DNA from: a virus
Lineage: Duplodnaviria > Caudoviricetes
Reading direction: 5' to 3' (one strand)
DNA length: 35,272 nucleotides
Virus record (IMG/VR): IMGVR_UViG_3300036767_000520
Coordinates: 1-35,272 of that record
Shown: positions 8,309-17,200 of the stretch, piece by piece
Numbering within the stretch: the stretch's first letter is position 1
How the letters are laid out: every line of letters starts with the position of its first letter
Translations under genes and position numbers: made by a program
The notes under the pieces: generated by a model
What the model saw: only the letters and a program-made list of their open reading frames with translations
Told to the model about the DNA's origin: nothing
The model's database searches: none

Positions 8309-8750
8309 AGTAAGGATCTTCGATGGGAAGGGAAAATTGAAGAGGGTTGTTCCGAAAGAGGAAGTACAAGAGATGTACTGGAATAACGCAGATTTTGGCT
8401 ATGATTTGCTCGACTTAGAATCGCCAGTAGTTACGGCTAGGTCAATGCAAGGTCATGGTCGGGGTAATCCATATAAGGGCAAGCGTGTACCAAGGATAAA
8501 AATAACTTGTGCTTACTGTAAGATCGAGAAATTGGTAGTTAATTGGAATCAGATCGCTTGCTCTGCGGAATGTAAAGTAAAGTTCGATAAGCAAAGAAAA
8601 AAAGAAGCCCGAAAAGTTATGAATAAGATTTGTAAAGTTTGCGGTTTGCCCTTTAGTACAACTTATTCACAAACCATTTACTGCCAAAGTCCATGCACGG
8701 TAAAAGACTGGAGAAAGAAAATTAAATATTATTCAAAGGTAAAGAAATAA
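8301..8750 (+). CDS. Cys-rich (two treble-clef-like Zn-finger) protein
   Basis: CAYC...CSAEC and CKVC...CQSPC; N-terminus paralogous to 5215..5418. Confidence 0.7.
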   Translation: MYEVRIFDGKGKLKRVVPKEEVQEMYWNNADFGYDLLDLESPVVTARSMQGHGRGNPYKGKRVPRIKITCAYCKIEKLVVNWNQIACSAECKVKFDKQRKKEARKVMNKICKVCGLPFSTTYSQTIYCQSPCTVKDWRKKIKYYSKVKK

Positions 8751-8765
8751 GGACGTTTTAAAATT

Positions 8766-8999
8766 ATGTTAGTAATCGAATGTATGGCTAGTTTGTTCAC
8801 TATATTAGCCCAATGGTTTTTTTCAAAAGGTAATTCTGTTACAGGAGTGAGACTAGCTCTGGTTGGGCAATGTTTTTGGATTGAATTTATATTTGGATTT
8901 GGTTTCCCGGATCTGCCAATCCATTATGGGCTTATCCCTGCCGATCTCACAATCGGGGTTATTCATTTAAGGGCATTCGTGAAACAGGTAACTATATGA
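8766..8999 (+). CDS. small multi-pass membrane protein
   Basis: Three hydrophobic segments; coupled to the next gene by ATGA overlap. Confidence 0.6.
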   Translation: MLVIECMASLFTILAQWFFSKGNSVTGVRLALVGQCFWIEFIFGFGFPDLPIHYGLIPADLTIGVIHLRAFVKQVTI

Positions 9000-9373
9000 G
9001 TCGAGCAAGCCGCCAGAAGGGACAAAGGGGAGAGAGGGAAATTTGTAAGCTCCTCGCTGAAAAGTTTGGAGGAGAGTTTAAGAGAAATTTATCCCAAACC
9101 CAGAATGGGGGCTATGACGTTCTTGGGTTAGATGGATTTGCAATTGAAGTTAAGTTCCAAGAAAAGTTATCAATTGAGAAGTGGTACAAGCAGGCAGTTG
9201 ATCAAGCAGAAGAGAAGACCCCTGTTTTATTTTTCAGAAGAAGTAGAGAGCCTTGGAGAGTTGCCCTGCCAGGTCCCTTTAATGACAAACCCCTAGAATT
9301 ATTTTATTCAATCATATCAGTAGAAAGTTTTGCGGAGAACATAAATGACTATAGAGGAAAAAGCCAAACTTGA
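8996..9373 (+). CDS. Holliday junction resolvase, Hjc-like PD-(D/E)xK
   Basis: SRQKGQRGERE, GGYDV, AIEVK, WYKQA, PVLFFRRSREPW. Confidence 0.85.
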   Translation: MSRASRQKGQRGEREICKLLAEKFGGEFKRNLSQTQNGGYDVLGLDGFAIEVKFQEKLSIEKWYKQAVDQAEEKTPVLFFRRSREPWRVALPGPFNDKPLELFYSIISVESFAENINDYRGKSQT

Positions 9374-9584
9374 TTTAAGGTTTAAAAAAACCAGACCAGA
9401 CCAATGCATATTAAGTTTGCAGAATGAGCTTTATAAGCTAGGGGGGAGTGGAACAAAAGCATTTAAATGTTGGGAGGAAATGTTGGTTTACATTAATTAT
9501 CTTGAAGCAAAATTAAAGCGTAAAGATGCTAATTTCAAAAACATGAAAGAAACGATTAGAAAATTGAAAGAAATGACCGAATAG
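9345..9584 (+). CDS. hypothetical protein
   Basis: GGAG RBS; operon continuity. Confidence 0.6.
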   Translation: MTIEEKAKLDLRFKKTRPDQCILSLQNELYKLGGSGTKAFKCWEEMLVYINYLEAKLKRKDANFKNMKETIRKLKEMTE

Positions 9585-9594
9585 GAAACTAAAT

Positions 9595-9858
9595 ATGCCA
9601 AGCAATAAAGATCACCCCGAAAACAAGTTACCGAAAAGCTTGCCAAGTAATAGCAAGAATAAGTTTATAGAAGATTGTGATGTGAGAAAGCTTGCCCTTC
9701 ATGTTGCAAACCTAACCGAGCATACAGGTCATCTCTCTGGTTTGATTCATTCTCTAACAAAGGAGCTAATGAAACAGAAAGAAGCCTACTATGATTTAAA
9801 GCAATTTATCATTCGTCATATAGACGATGGGAACGATGACTTACATTTCAGGGGCTAA
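9595..9858 (+). CDS. hypothetical coiled-coil protein
   Basis: AGGA RBS; last gene of the + strand operon. Confidence 0.6.
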   Translation: MPSNKDHPENKLPKSLPSNSKNKFIEDCDVRKLALHVANLTEHTGHLSGLIHSLTKELMKQKEAYYDLKQFIIRHIDDGNDDLHFRG

Positions 9859-9880
9859 AAAATAACCACACGCCAGGAAC

Positions 9881-9962
9881 AAGAGACTGCCTGCAATCCA
9901 TGATTCGAGGGGTCGTGCTATGGAAGTTGAGATCCACACTCAACAGCAGGCAGTCTTTTTTT
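9881..9962 (+). terminator. branched terminator-like structure between the convergent early and late operons
   Basis: AGACTGCCTGC (9884-9894) pairs with GCAGGCAGTCT (9946-9956), followed by a T run. Two hairpins lie inside. Confidence 0.55.
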
Positions 9963-10351
9963 CAGTATGTCCATATTACACGTTGGACCTTGTCGTTATC
10001 TATATCAAAATGCAAGAAATCAGAAGCCACGCCTATCCTGTGAAACAAACCTCGCCTTAGTACATACTCAAGCATCTCATGTCGATTCGCAGAATTTTTG
10101 CAATAAATATCTACCGCCAACCCCCTGGCATGAGAACTTGTAGAATTTTTAGAGAGCGGATGCATCGGGCAACGATATCCGCTTGTGACCTTCATTGGGA
10201 AATCTAGGTAGGCTCTCATCAGATCTAGGATCTGTACCAAGACAAAACTAACCCCCCTTTTACTATCACAATTCTGACATTTGCAGAGAAATTCTTCTTT
10301 GCTGAAGAAATTAATTTCCTCCCAATCTTCCACTTCAGTTGTCATACGCAT
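9962..10351 (-). CDS. peptidase M15A family, probable endolysin
   Basis: FFSKEEFLCKC, VTSGYRCPMH, SSHARGLAVDI, FLHFD give the Zn ligands H, D, H. Confidence 0.9.
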   Translation of the reverse strand: MRMTTEVEDWEEINFFSKEEFLCKCQNCDSKRGVSFVLVQILDLMRAYLDFPMKVTSGYRCPMHPLSKNSTSSHARGLAVDIYCKNSANRHEMLEYVLRRGLFHRIGVASDFLHFDIDNDKVQRVIWTY

Positions 10352-10532
10352 ACCTCATTTAAAAGCGTTGGATAAATGTTTTTGGTTTAAAAAATATTCT
10401 ACTTGCCCCGCTTGCTCCCTAGTTTTGGTGTCAAGCTTTTTTTTAAAAAAAGTTTTTCATGCATTTCAGAACGTGAAACAGCTAATTCCCTTGCCAGCAC
10501 TGGTCGAGCCGGACTTTTTGAAAAACCCAAAA

Positions 10533-10541
10533 TGCTATAAT
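10533..10541 (+). promoter_or_regulatory. extended -10 promoter for the moron gene at 10590
   Basis: TGcTATAAT about 50 nt upstream of the ATG, in AT-rich context; AGGAGG RBS. Confidence 0.55.
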
Positions 10542-10589
10542 CACATTGTAAGTTAAAAAATTATTCATTCAACTGTAGGAGGTACTATT

Positions 10590-11081
10590 ATGCATCAATC
10601 AACATTCGGAGTTAATCAATTTGGTATACCAACCATCACTTACATTCCTTTCAAGGAAAACGATGGGGGTCGCAAAGAAGCAGGGTACATAGGTGCAACT
10701 GGTGATTGCGTTACCAGAGCAATTGCAATCGCAAGTGAACTTCCTTATCAAGAAGTTTATGATGCTATGGCTCATGGCAATTTCACTCAACGTAAATCCA
10801 AACGTGATACAAAGAAGCGTAGTCGAACTGCCAGAGATGGTATTAACGTAAGGCGAAAATGGTTCAAGGACTATATGGCTTCAATCGGTTTTAAGTGGAC
10901 TCCAACAATGCAGATAGGCTCTGGTTGCAAAGTACACTTAAGACCTGATGAGCTGCCAAAAGGCAGGCTCGTTGTTAATGTTTCAAAGCACTACACTACT
11001 ATGATCGATGGAGTTATTAACGATCTTTATAATCCATCGAGAGAAGGTACACGTTGCGTTTATGGTTACTGGTCTAAATAA
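10590..11081 (+). CDS. moron-like phage protein with Cys/His/Asp motif, possible papain-like fold
   Basis: NDGGR...GDCVTRAIAIA...YQEVY...HYTTMIDGVIND. Own promoter and AGGAGG RBS; antisense to the late operon. Confidence 0.75.
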   Translation: MHQSTFGVNQFGIPTITYIPFKENDGGRKEAGYIGATGDCVTRAIAIASELPYQEVYDAMAHGNFTQRKSKRDTKKRSRTARDGINVRRKWFKDYMASIGFKWTPTMQIGSGCKVHLRPDELPKGRLVVNVSKHYTTMIDGVINDLYNPSREGTRCVYGYWSK

Positions 11082-11796
11082 CCTCCGTAACCAGATCTGC
11101 AAAATAACCGGGAGCTGCGGAACTGATTCCAATAATCTTTTTAGCCATTGGAGCGGAAGATGTATAAGCGTTTTCAAACTCTGGCTGAAAAGCACACTCA
11201 TCACTAATAAACAGCGTTGCTGTGTGAGAGCGGATGATGTTCCCTCCTTCTGGTATCCCCCATATCAAAGAGCCATTACTGAAATTCATTTTCGAGTATG
11301 TGCCTTCAGCGGTGACCAGATTTTTAAGCCACGCAGGAAGATGCTCATAGATGAATGAGATCCTCGCATTATGAGGACGTTTATTAAAAACCATCATCGA
11401 GGCATCTTCTTCTTTTTTACTTTGGAAAAATATATTTGAGTGGGGGTGAAACAAGGCAGTCCAAAGGGCGTAAGCACACATGAGCCAACTCATATGTATC
11501 TGCCTGGACTTCGGAACCATGATTCGTTTTGATTCATGGGCTGCACTTATCACATACTTGAGATAATCTTTTTCTGGGAATGCCTTAACAGGATTTTCAG
11601 TATCCCTCTCATCTTTAGTTAAAAGTAAACCAGAAAAGATGAAGTTATTGGGATGTTCAAGAAACGATTCCAGTAATGTCAGTTGATGTATTTCCTGTAA
11701 TTCGTTGGAGGATAGCTGATTTAATCGATTCTCTATCAATCCCCCCTCCTGCTGTGAGTTCTGCAATACCGGTGATACTTTTTGTTGGCTGATCAT
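11074..11796 (-). CDS. terminase large subunit, ATPase (N-terminal) half only
   Basis: Walker A VPKSRQIHMSW, Walker B LFISDECAF, coupling motif ISSA; the ORF stops 13 aa later. True start may be TTG 11739 (AGGAGG RBS). Confidence 0.88.
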   Translation of the reverse strand: MISQQKVSPVLQNSQQEGGLIENRLNQLSSNELQEIHQLTLLESFLEHPNNFIFSGLLLTKDERDTENPVKAFPEKDYLKYVISAAHESKRIMVPKSRQIHMSWLMCAYALWTALFHPHSNIFFQSKKEEDASMMVFNKRPHNARISFIYEHLPAWLKNLVTAEGTYSKMNFSNGSLIWGIPEGGNIIRSHTATLFISDECAFQPEFENAYTSSAPMAKKIIGISSAAPGYFADLVTEVI

Positions 11797-12274
11797 ACCC
11801 CATCATCTCCCGTATACTTTTTAGTGCATCAATCTTATTGTAAAATTCAAGTTCGATCAGGTTCTTACCATTCCTACCTCTTCCTGATCGCAACTCTTTA
11901 ATTTTGTGAACGGGGGCTAAGTCAACATTCGCAGACTCACTCACGGTGATTCCTTCTTCCTGATCGTACTGAAAATAATCTTTGGGATCTAGAAAAGCAA
12001 TTTTGGCATACTCTTCTGTGACTCTTTCGGCAGACACATTATATTTTTCTGCCAATTCCATTCGCCTGACTTCCAACTTCTTCTTAAACTTATCAGTCGT
12101 AAGCAAATTTTTGGCTGTCTTATCAACAGTCTTAGTCGAGTAACCAGATCTGACCAAAAGGTCTTTAATCTTATTATTAGAAGTAGGACATTTGTTTTGA
12201 ATGTATAAATTAACAAAAGCATCCTGCATCTGCTCGGTAGTTTTCTTCTCTCCTCCTTCTTTCTTTTTAGCCAT
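11657..12274 (-). CDS. terminase small subunit
   Basis: QDAFVNLY...SGYSTKT...AKNLL...VSAERVTEEYAKIAFLDPKD...YNKIDALKSI is a Terminase_2-type pattern. ATG 12274 overlaps the upstream stop. Confidence 0.85.
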   Translation of the reverse strand: MAKKKEGGEKKTTEQMQDAFVNLYIQNKCPTSNNKIKDLLVRSGYSTKTVDKTAKNLLTTDKFKKKLEVRRMELAEKYNVSAERVTEEYAKIAFLDPKDYFQYDQEEGITVSESANVDLAPVHKIKELRSGRGRNGKNLIELEFYNKIDALKSIREMMGYDQPTKSITGIAELTAGGGIDRESIKSAILQRITGNTSTDITGIVS

Positions 12275-12875
12275 AACCTGTTGTGTGAGTTCTTCGTTGA
12301 AGTGGGAGAGGTCTAACCGTTCTACTTCTTGAGTCAAACCACTCTAATAGCCTGACCGTGCAATCTCTTGCAGGCAGGTAGTTAGACTTGATTGCCTCAC
12401 GGCAGTCACTCCATAATTTTAGTACTGGAGTCCCTGCCATAGGCTTCTTCCTTGCAAACCATTCCCTTAAAATAATAGAATAATTATTACGTTTCCTTTC
12501 GTCCTGGAAAACACATTTCATATCGAGATCTTTGCGAACCCTTACCCTCAAGTCCTCGTCTGACGAAACAATGATTACTCGCTCAACCCTTAAACCTGTT
12601 AGAAATTTCTTTAGCTCCCCGAGCATATCGTAAGAAAGCTTGCTACTAAACTCATCTATTAAATGATATTCAGCTTCATTAGATGTTCGTTCCGTCCCGT
12701 CTTCTAGTTTAATTCTTGTATTCGGTAATTTTGCACCCACCAGACAATAGGCTGTTGGATGGTCATCGTTTCCCAGAAACAAGCTAGCAGTAATACTAGT
12801 GCATGGGTGATATTCATTTTCATACCAAATGGAAATTCCTGCGTTAGTATTAGCAATCTTATCTTTTTTAGACAT
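12267..12875 (-). CDS. hypothetical protein, possible degenerate RNase H-like / terminase nuclease-like fold
   Basis: 202 aa, coupled to terS. Strand pattern ITASLFLG...AYCLVGA...YHLIDEF followed by helix and strand. Fold call is inference. Confidence 0.6.
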   Translation of the reverse strand: MSKKDKIANTNAGISIWYENEYHPCTSITASLFLGNDDHPTAYCLVGAKLPNTRIKLEDGTERTSNEAEYHLIDEFSSKLSYDMLGELKKFLTGLRVERVIIVSSDEDLRVRVRKDLDMKCVFQDERKRNNYSIILREWFARKKPMAGTPVLKLWSDCREAIKSNYLPARDCTVRLLEWFDSRSRTVRPLPLQRRTHTTGYG

Positions 12876-12975
12876 AACCCTTGTGGCTACAATTTCTTGA
12901 TGAATTGGTTACGCTCACTTGCGTTTCCTTTGGTTTCTTTACAACTTCCTTCTTAGGCTTGCTATTTTTTTTCAT
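12868..12975 (-). CDS. small basic protein (MKKNSKPKKEVVKKPKETQVSVTNSSRNCSHKGYV)
   Basis: Hand translation. GAGGT RBS; stop overlaps the start of 12875. Confidence 0.45.
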   Translation of the reverse strand: MKKNSKPKKEVVKKPKETQVSVTNSSRNCSHKGYV

Positions 12976-13127
12976 TTTCTTAACTACCTCATTTTAAAGC
13001 GTTTAAGTGTAGGTCTACTCACCAGAACCCATATTAGAGCCTACAATGTGAGCCAACCCATGGTATTACCTTCCTATAGTTAACCCCTTACAGGCAATCC
13101 TGGGGACAAGTTTTTCCCATAAATCCC

Positions 13128-14036
13128 TCAATTTATCACATGAGCGGTCATATCGAATGTATCCACTCGATCTGCCATCCAATTTGAACTAATCATTTTA
13201 AATAGGTATTTGTTGGCATCGATCAAGTGGTTATCTTTATCCATCATGGTTTCTTTTGGATTTTTATTAACACCAGTTGAATTAGCCCATTCGTTATATC
13301 TCCACTTAGTCAATTCCCACCATAGATTAGGGCAGGTCTTCCAGATCCTCCACTTAGGTTGAGTCTTGGAAATGTTAGCAGACTTGCCCTTACCAAGTTC
13401 ACCGTGATCGAGCATTCCCCAAAACTTACTATTCGCAAGTTCAGCAAATTCCGTATCACCACCTCTTACTCCTTTAACAAAATGTACCCCAACCTCGGAA
13501 AAAAGTTGAGCCATTGAAACCAGATCAGTCTGCCCAGATCTTTCTTGGGTTCTTGTCCACATGGAGGGGTCAGCTACGATCCATTCTAATTTACTATAAT
13601 ACTCGCAGTTCTTTATATGTTCAGCCGTCTGTATGTAGCCAGAGTTCTTCCTGTAAAATTCGTGAATGCAATAATAGTCATCTTGTTTTTTATCCCAAGC
13701 ATTAACAACAAAAGCCGTCATTCCTCTTCCTGCATAATCGAAACCCCCATACAGCTTCCAATGATCTGGGATTTTTTTAACATTGGGTTCAATTAAAATT
13801 CTTTCTTTAGATCTTTCCAATTGAGGGAATACCAACTCACCGCCAGTAGCTTCAAAGTCAATCTCCATTTCCCTCTTCCACTTCGCGCCCCCCACTCCCC
13901 CTGGGTAACCACGCAGTTCGCTAAGAAGCCATTCCTTCCCCCTGGAGGTTTCGTTACACTTCCCATCGTCAGCGGAGTAATGAACCCTTACCACTCTAAT
14001 CCCATCTTTTGTAATTCTATCGGTTATTCCTCGCAT
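13128..14036 (-). CDS. terminase large subunit, nuclease (C-terminal) half only
   Basis: VRVHYSAD...REMEIDF...GELVFP linker, GGFDYAG (catalytic Asp), IHEFY, VADPSMW, KDNHLIDANKY. No Walker motifs. Confidence 0.88.
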   Translation of the reverse strand: MRGITDRITKDGIRVVRVHYSADDGKCNETSRGKEWLLSELRGYPGGVGGAKWKREMEIDFEATGGELVFPQLERSKERILIEPNVKKIPDHWKLYGGFDYAGRGMTAFVVNAWDKKQDDYYCIHEFYRKNSGYIQTAEHIKNCEYYSKLEWIVADPSMWTRTQERSGQTDLVSMAQLFSEVGVHFVKGVRGGDTEFAELANSKFWGMLDHGELGKGKSANISKTQPKWRIWKTCPNLWWELTKWRYNEWANSTGVNKNPKETMMDKDNHLIDANKYLFKMISSNWMADRVDTFDMTAHVIN

Positions 14037-14107
14037 CTTTTATCCACTTTCCAACTAAATATAGATTAACCCACCCCTGTCATAGTAATTTCCCCAAGTA
14101 TTGCTCA

Positions 14108-14266
14108 TCAAAAAAAGATATTTTCGTAATCCTTTTTTTTATTTGGCATAACACGGGTTCTAAATTCCTTGTCCTCACCAAATTTTTTGGCAACAGCATC
14201 AGCGCCAGACTTAGCTTTGATGCGTTTAATTACCAACCTCGATTGTCTTTGCTTTATTTTTTTCAT
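14108..14266 (-). CDS. small basic protein with ArfA-like FRxRVxxNKK motif, 52 aa
   Basis: Hand translation: MKKIKQRQSRLVIKRIKAKSGADAVAKKFGEDKEFRTRVMPNKKKDYENIFF. ATGA coupling to the stop of the giant gene. Confidence 0.55.
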   Translation of the reverse strand: MKKIKQRQSRLVIKRIKAKSGADAVAKKFGEDKEFRTRVMPNKKKDYENIFF

Positions 14267-17200
14267 CTTTTCAAGTCCTTGTACTTCTCCCCAAGGAAGC
14301 GATTAAGTTCTTTTCCCATTTTTTTGTCTATGTTATTCACTTTGCTAACCTCTTTATCTCCTATCGGTATACCGATTTTCCTCTTTCTTTTATTCAAATC
14401 ATCCAACTTATCTTTCTTGAATTTTTTCATTTCCTTTAAGCGTCTTATTTGCTTGCCACTAGCCTTATCCCCACCCTTCAAAGCTTCTAATTCATTGAGT
14501 TCAAGATAAAATAATGCTATTTGACGATTTGGTCGGTGTGGCATTCTCAAAGTTATAGCCAAGGGACTCCTGCCAGACTTTGTTCCCCAAATAGAATCTT
14601 CCACAAAAGTTATTCCCTGGGTAGCCAGACCACCTGTATATTGCTTGAATAAGTGATCTACTTCAATTGGATTAAGATTAAACCCATCCTCCCCTGTCTT
14701 TTTATATATTTTTTGTAGCCCCCTCGACATAACCCTAGCTAACCTTGAAGTCCAAGGAAAAGCTTGATCCTCTGGGAGTCTTGGCCTATAGCTGTTCTTC
14801 ATGTATGGCGGTGTAATATGCCTGCCAAAATGAGATTCATTTGCTTGGACTTGCCGCCAAGGAGCAATGATGGCAGGCGGTTCAAGTTTTGCAATACCAG
14901 GAACAATCATTTTAAATGCATCTTTAAGTGACTCCCACAAAGCTCCTTTTCTTTTTAGAAATATTTCATCTAACGCAGCTCTTGGTATTGACCCGAATAA
15001 TATTCCAGTTTCATGTGGAATTGGGATAACTGCAATCTTGTCTTTAGGATTAATCCCCATCGCCTTCAAAGATTCCCTTAAACCTGGGAAATGATCTGCA
15101 CTAAAAAAAAGATTTAAATCATTATAAGAGTGGTCAATGTTTTTATACCACTCTTCATCTTTACTTAAATACCAACTTAGCATTGCAGGAGCGGTAATAT
15201 ACCAGAAAGACCGTATGAGGAATTTTACTGGATGCTCCTTAAAGGCACGAACTGCTTTGTTGGGACCTTGCATTGTTGCGTTGTGGAAGGGCCATGCCTG
15301 ATTAATCAGTTTTCCATACCTACCAGTTTTAGTGAAATTAAAAGTAATATCTTTGGCCGCCACTTTAGCGTTTAAATAATGATCTTCTTCAGTCCAATTC
15401 AAATACTCTGATTCTTTTTTCGTTAACGGCTTCCCTTGCTTTCTCTTATCTTCAGCCCTCTCCTGTGCTTGTCGAGTCTTGTGATACACCCCCTCAAATT
15501 CCGCTATTCTTGGGCCAAGCTCTGTTGCTGATAAAAACCCGTGGATACCACCCAGAAAAGAACTCACTCCCTTTATTGGATGTGAAAGAAACATTAAGGT
15601 TTTATTGACACCCTTTCTCTGGAAATTAAGTTGCCCAATTTGTGCCTGCCATAAACTTTGCTCCATCCCGTTGATCGTTGCTACGTTACCACCTCCTGCG
15701 GTGTATCTTCTACTCATGCTCCATTCACTGCCCTTAATATTCAATAACTCATCTTTAGCCCAATTAGTGAAAGCCTTGCGTACTCCATTGATAAATCTAA
15801 ATGGTGTCGCATTACCCTTCGTGTAAATAGCCGCCAATGGGATATCCCTCATTGGGTTTGTCCAGAGGTTGAATTTAAGATTAAGCCCTGTCCAACCAAT
15901 CCGAGCCAGACTCGCAAATGGTCTGAATAGCTTTAGGATAAATTTGAGCATTACTACATCTGTTTCAAATTTTGTCGTTTCTTGGATTACTTGATAAAGC
16001 TCTTTATTAACTTCGTATAGAGTTATTTTCCCATTTCTAAAAACAGGGACTACTGGGTTTTCTTTATTCCCCTTGTAATTCATATCACGGTAAAATACTT
16101 TCAGAATCTCCGCATCATCTATAGAGTCAATTAAGGCTTCAATATCATCGGCTCCAATATCTTCAAACCCCTCCTCGGTCCCCTCAATAACTAAATCTTT
16201 CATTTGTTTTTTGAGTGGTCCAACCTGGGTGTTCATAACTCTAGCCTTGCCTTGAACTTTAGTAATTAGATCACCCATACCGTGTTCTGGGGCAACATCT
16301 GCAATAGCAGTCATTATCCTAGACTTAATTGCCAGAGCAATCATAGCCGTGGCATTTTCCTCCATTGCTTCAAATGGGTTTAATAATTCCCTATAACTAC
16401 CCTTCATCGCCTTCAAGGAAGATGGAGTCATAACATCCCCACCGAACCCGTGGTTTAAAGCATCGTCTATAGACGCTCTTTTGAATGGAAGATAAACAGG
16501 ATTAGCTTTTTGGAATAGCTCCTTCATCTCTTGGGATAACCTGCCTGCATCAACCAACCAATCTAGTAGCACCCCATGCCATTCAGTAATATCCTTCCAT
16601 GCCTGATCCCATTCTTTTCGGTAACCAAGATGCTCCTTGTTTTCCAAAGTCCATTCAATATCTACTTCATCCATCCCACTAGCCATCCCACGCTCATGCA
16701 TCTTTTTAGCTCTTAACGCAATTCCATAAATAACAAATCCATTCATTTCGTCTTTCTTTATATCAGCAAAAGACTCAACCAATGTTTTCATCCTTGTGGC
16801 TACAGCAGGCCTTCCCCCTTCATGTTTAGCTTCGTCAAGTTCTCTTTGGGTAACCTTGCTCCCAACAACTAGGCTAGTGTCCCCCTTATCTTTAACCACA
16901 AACAACTCTTCCGCATTGTGATTAATAATCCTATCGTTAATTAAAGTTTGGGCAATCTTTTGATGTGATAACTTTTCCGCTGTTGCTATTATGAATGGAT
17001 CACGGGAAGGAGACAATTTATTCATCCCATTCCGCAGTCTAACTGCGTTTATCTTCTTAACTTCCATTTCAAGAGCATGGAGTTCATCGTATTCTGGGTA
17101 CATATATTCTTCAACTTTCTCCCAGATCGCTCTTATCTTACTTAAGGCGGGTTTCTTTTCCTCGATTAACCCAGAGTGAGCAAAGAATCTATTAAGAGAT

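Noticed and set aside
10429-10434. TTGACA on the - strand as an endolysin promoter
   Set aside because: No acceptable -10 hexamer at 16-18 nt spacing.
13006-13045. Imperfect inverted repeat tgtaggtcta / tagagcctaca as a pac or cos site
   Set aside because: It is short and imperfect, and genome termini cannot be inferred without read data.
11074-14036. Intron, intein or frameshift as the cause of the split terL
   Set aside because: The halves are in reverse order, and no intein termini or homing endonuclease are visible.
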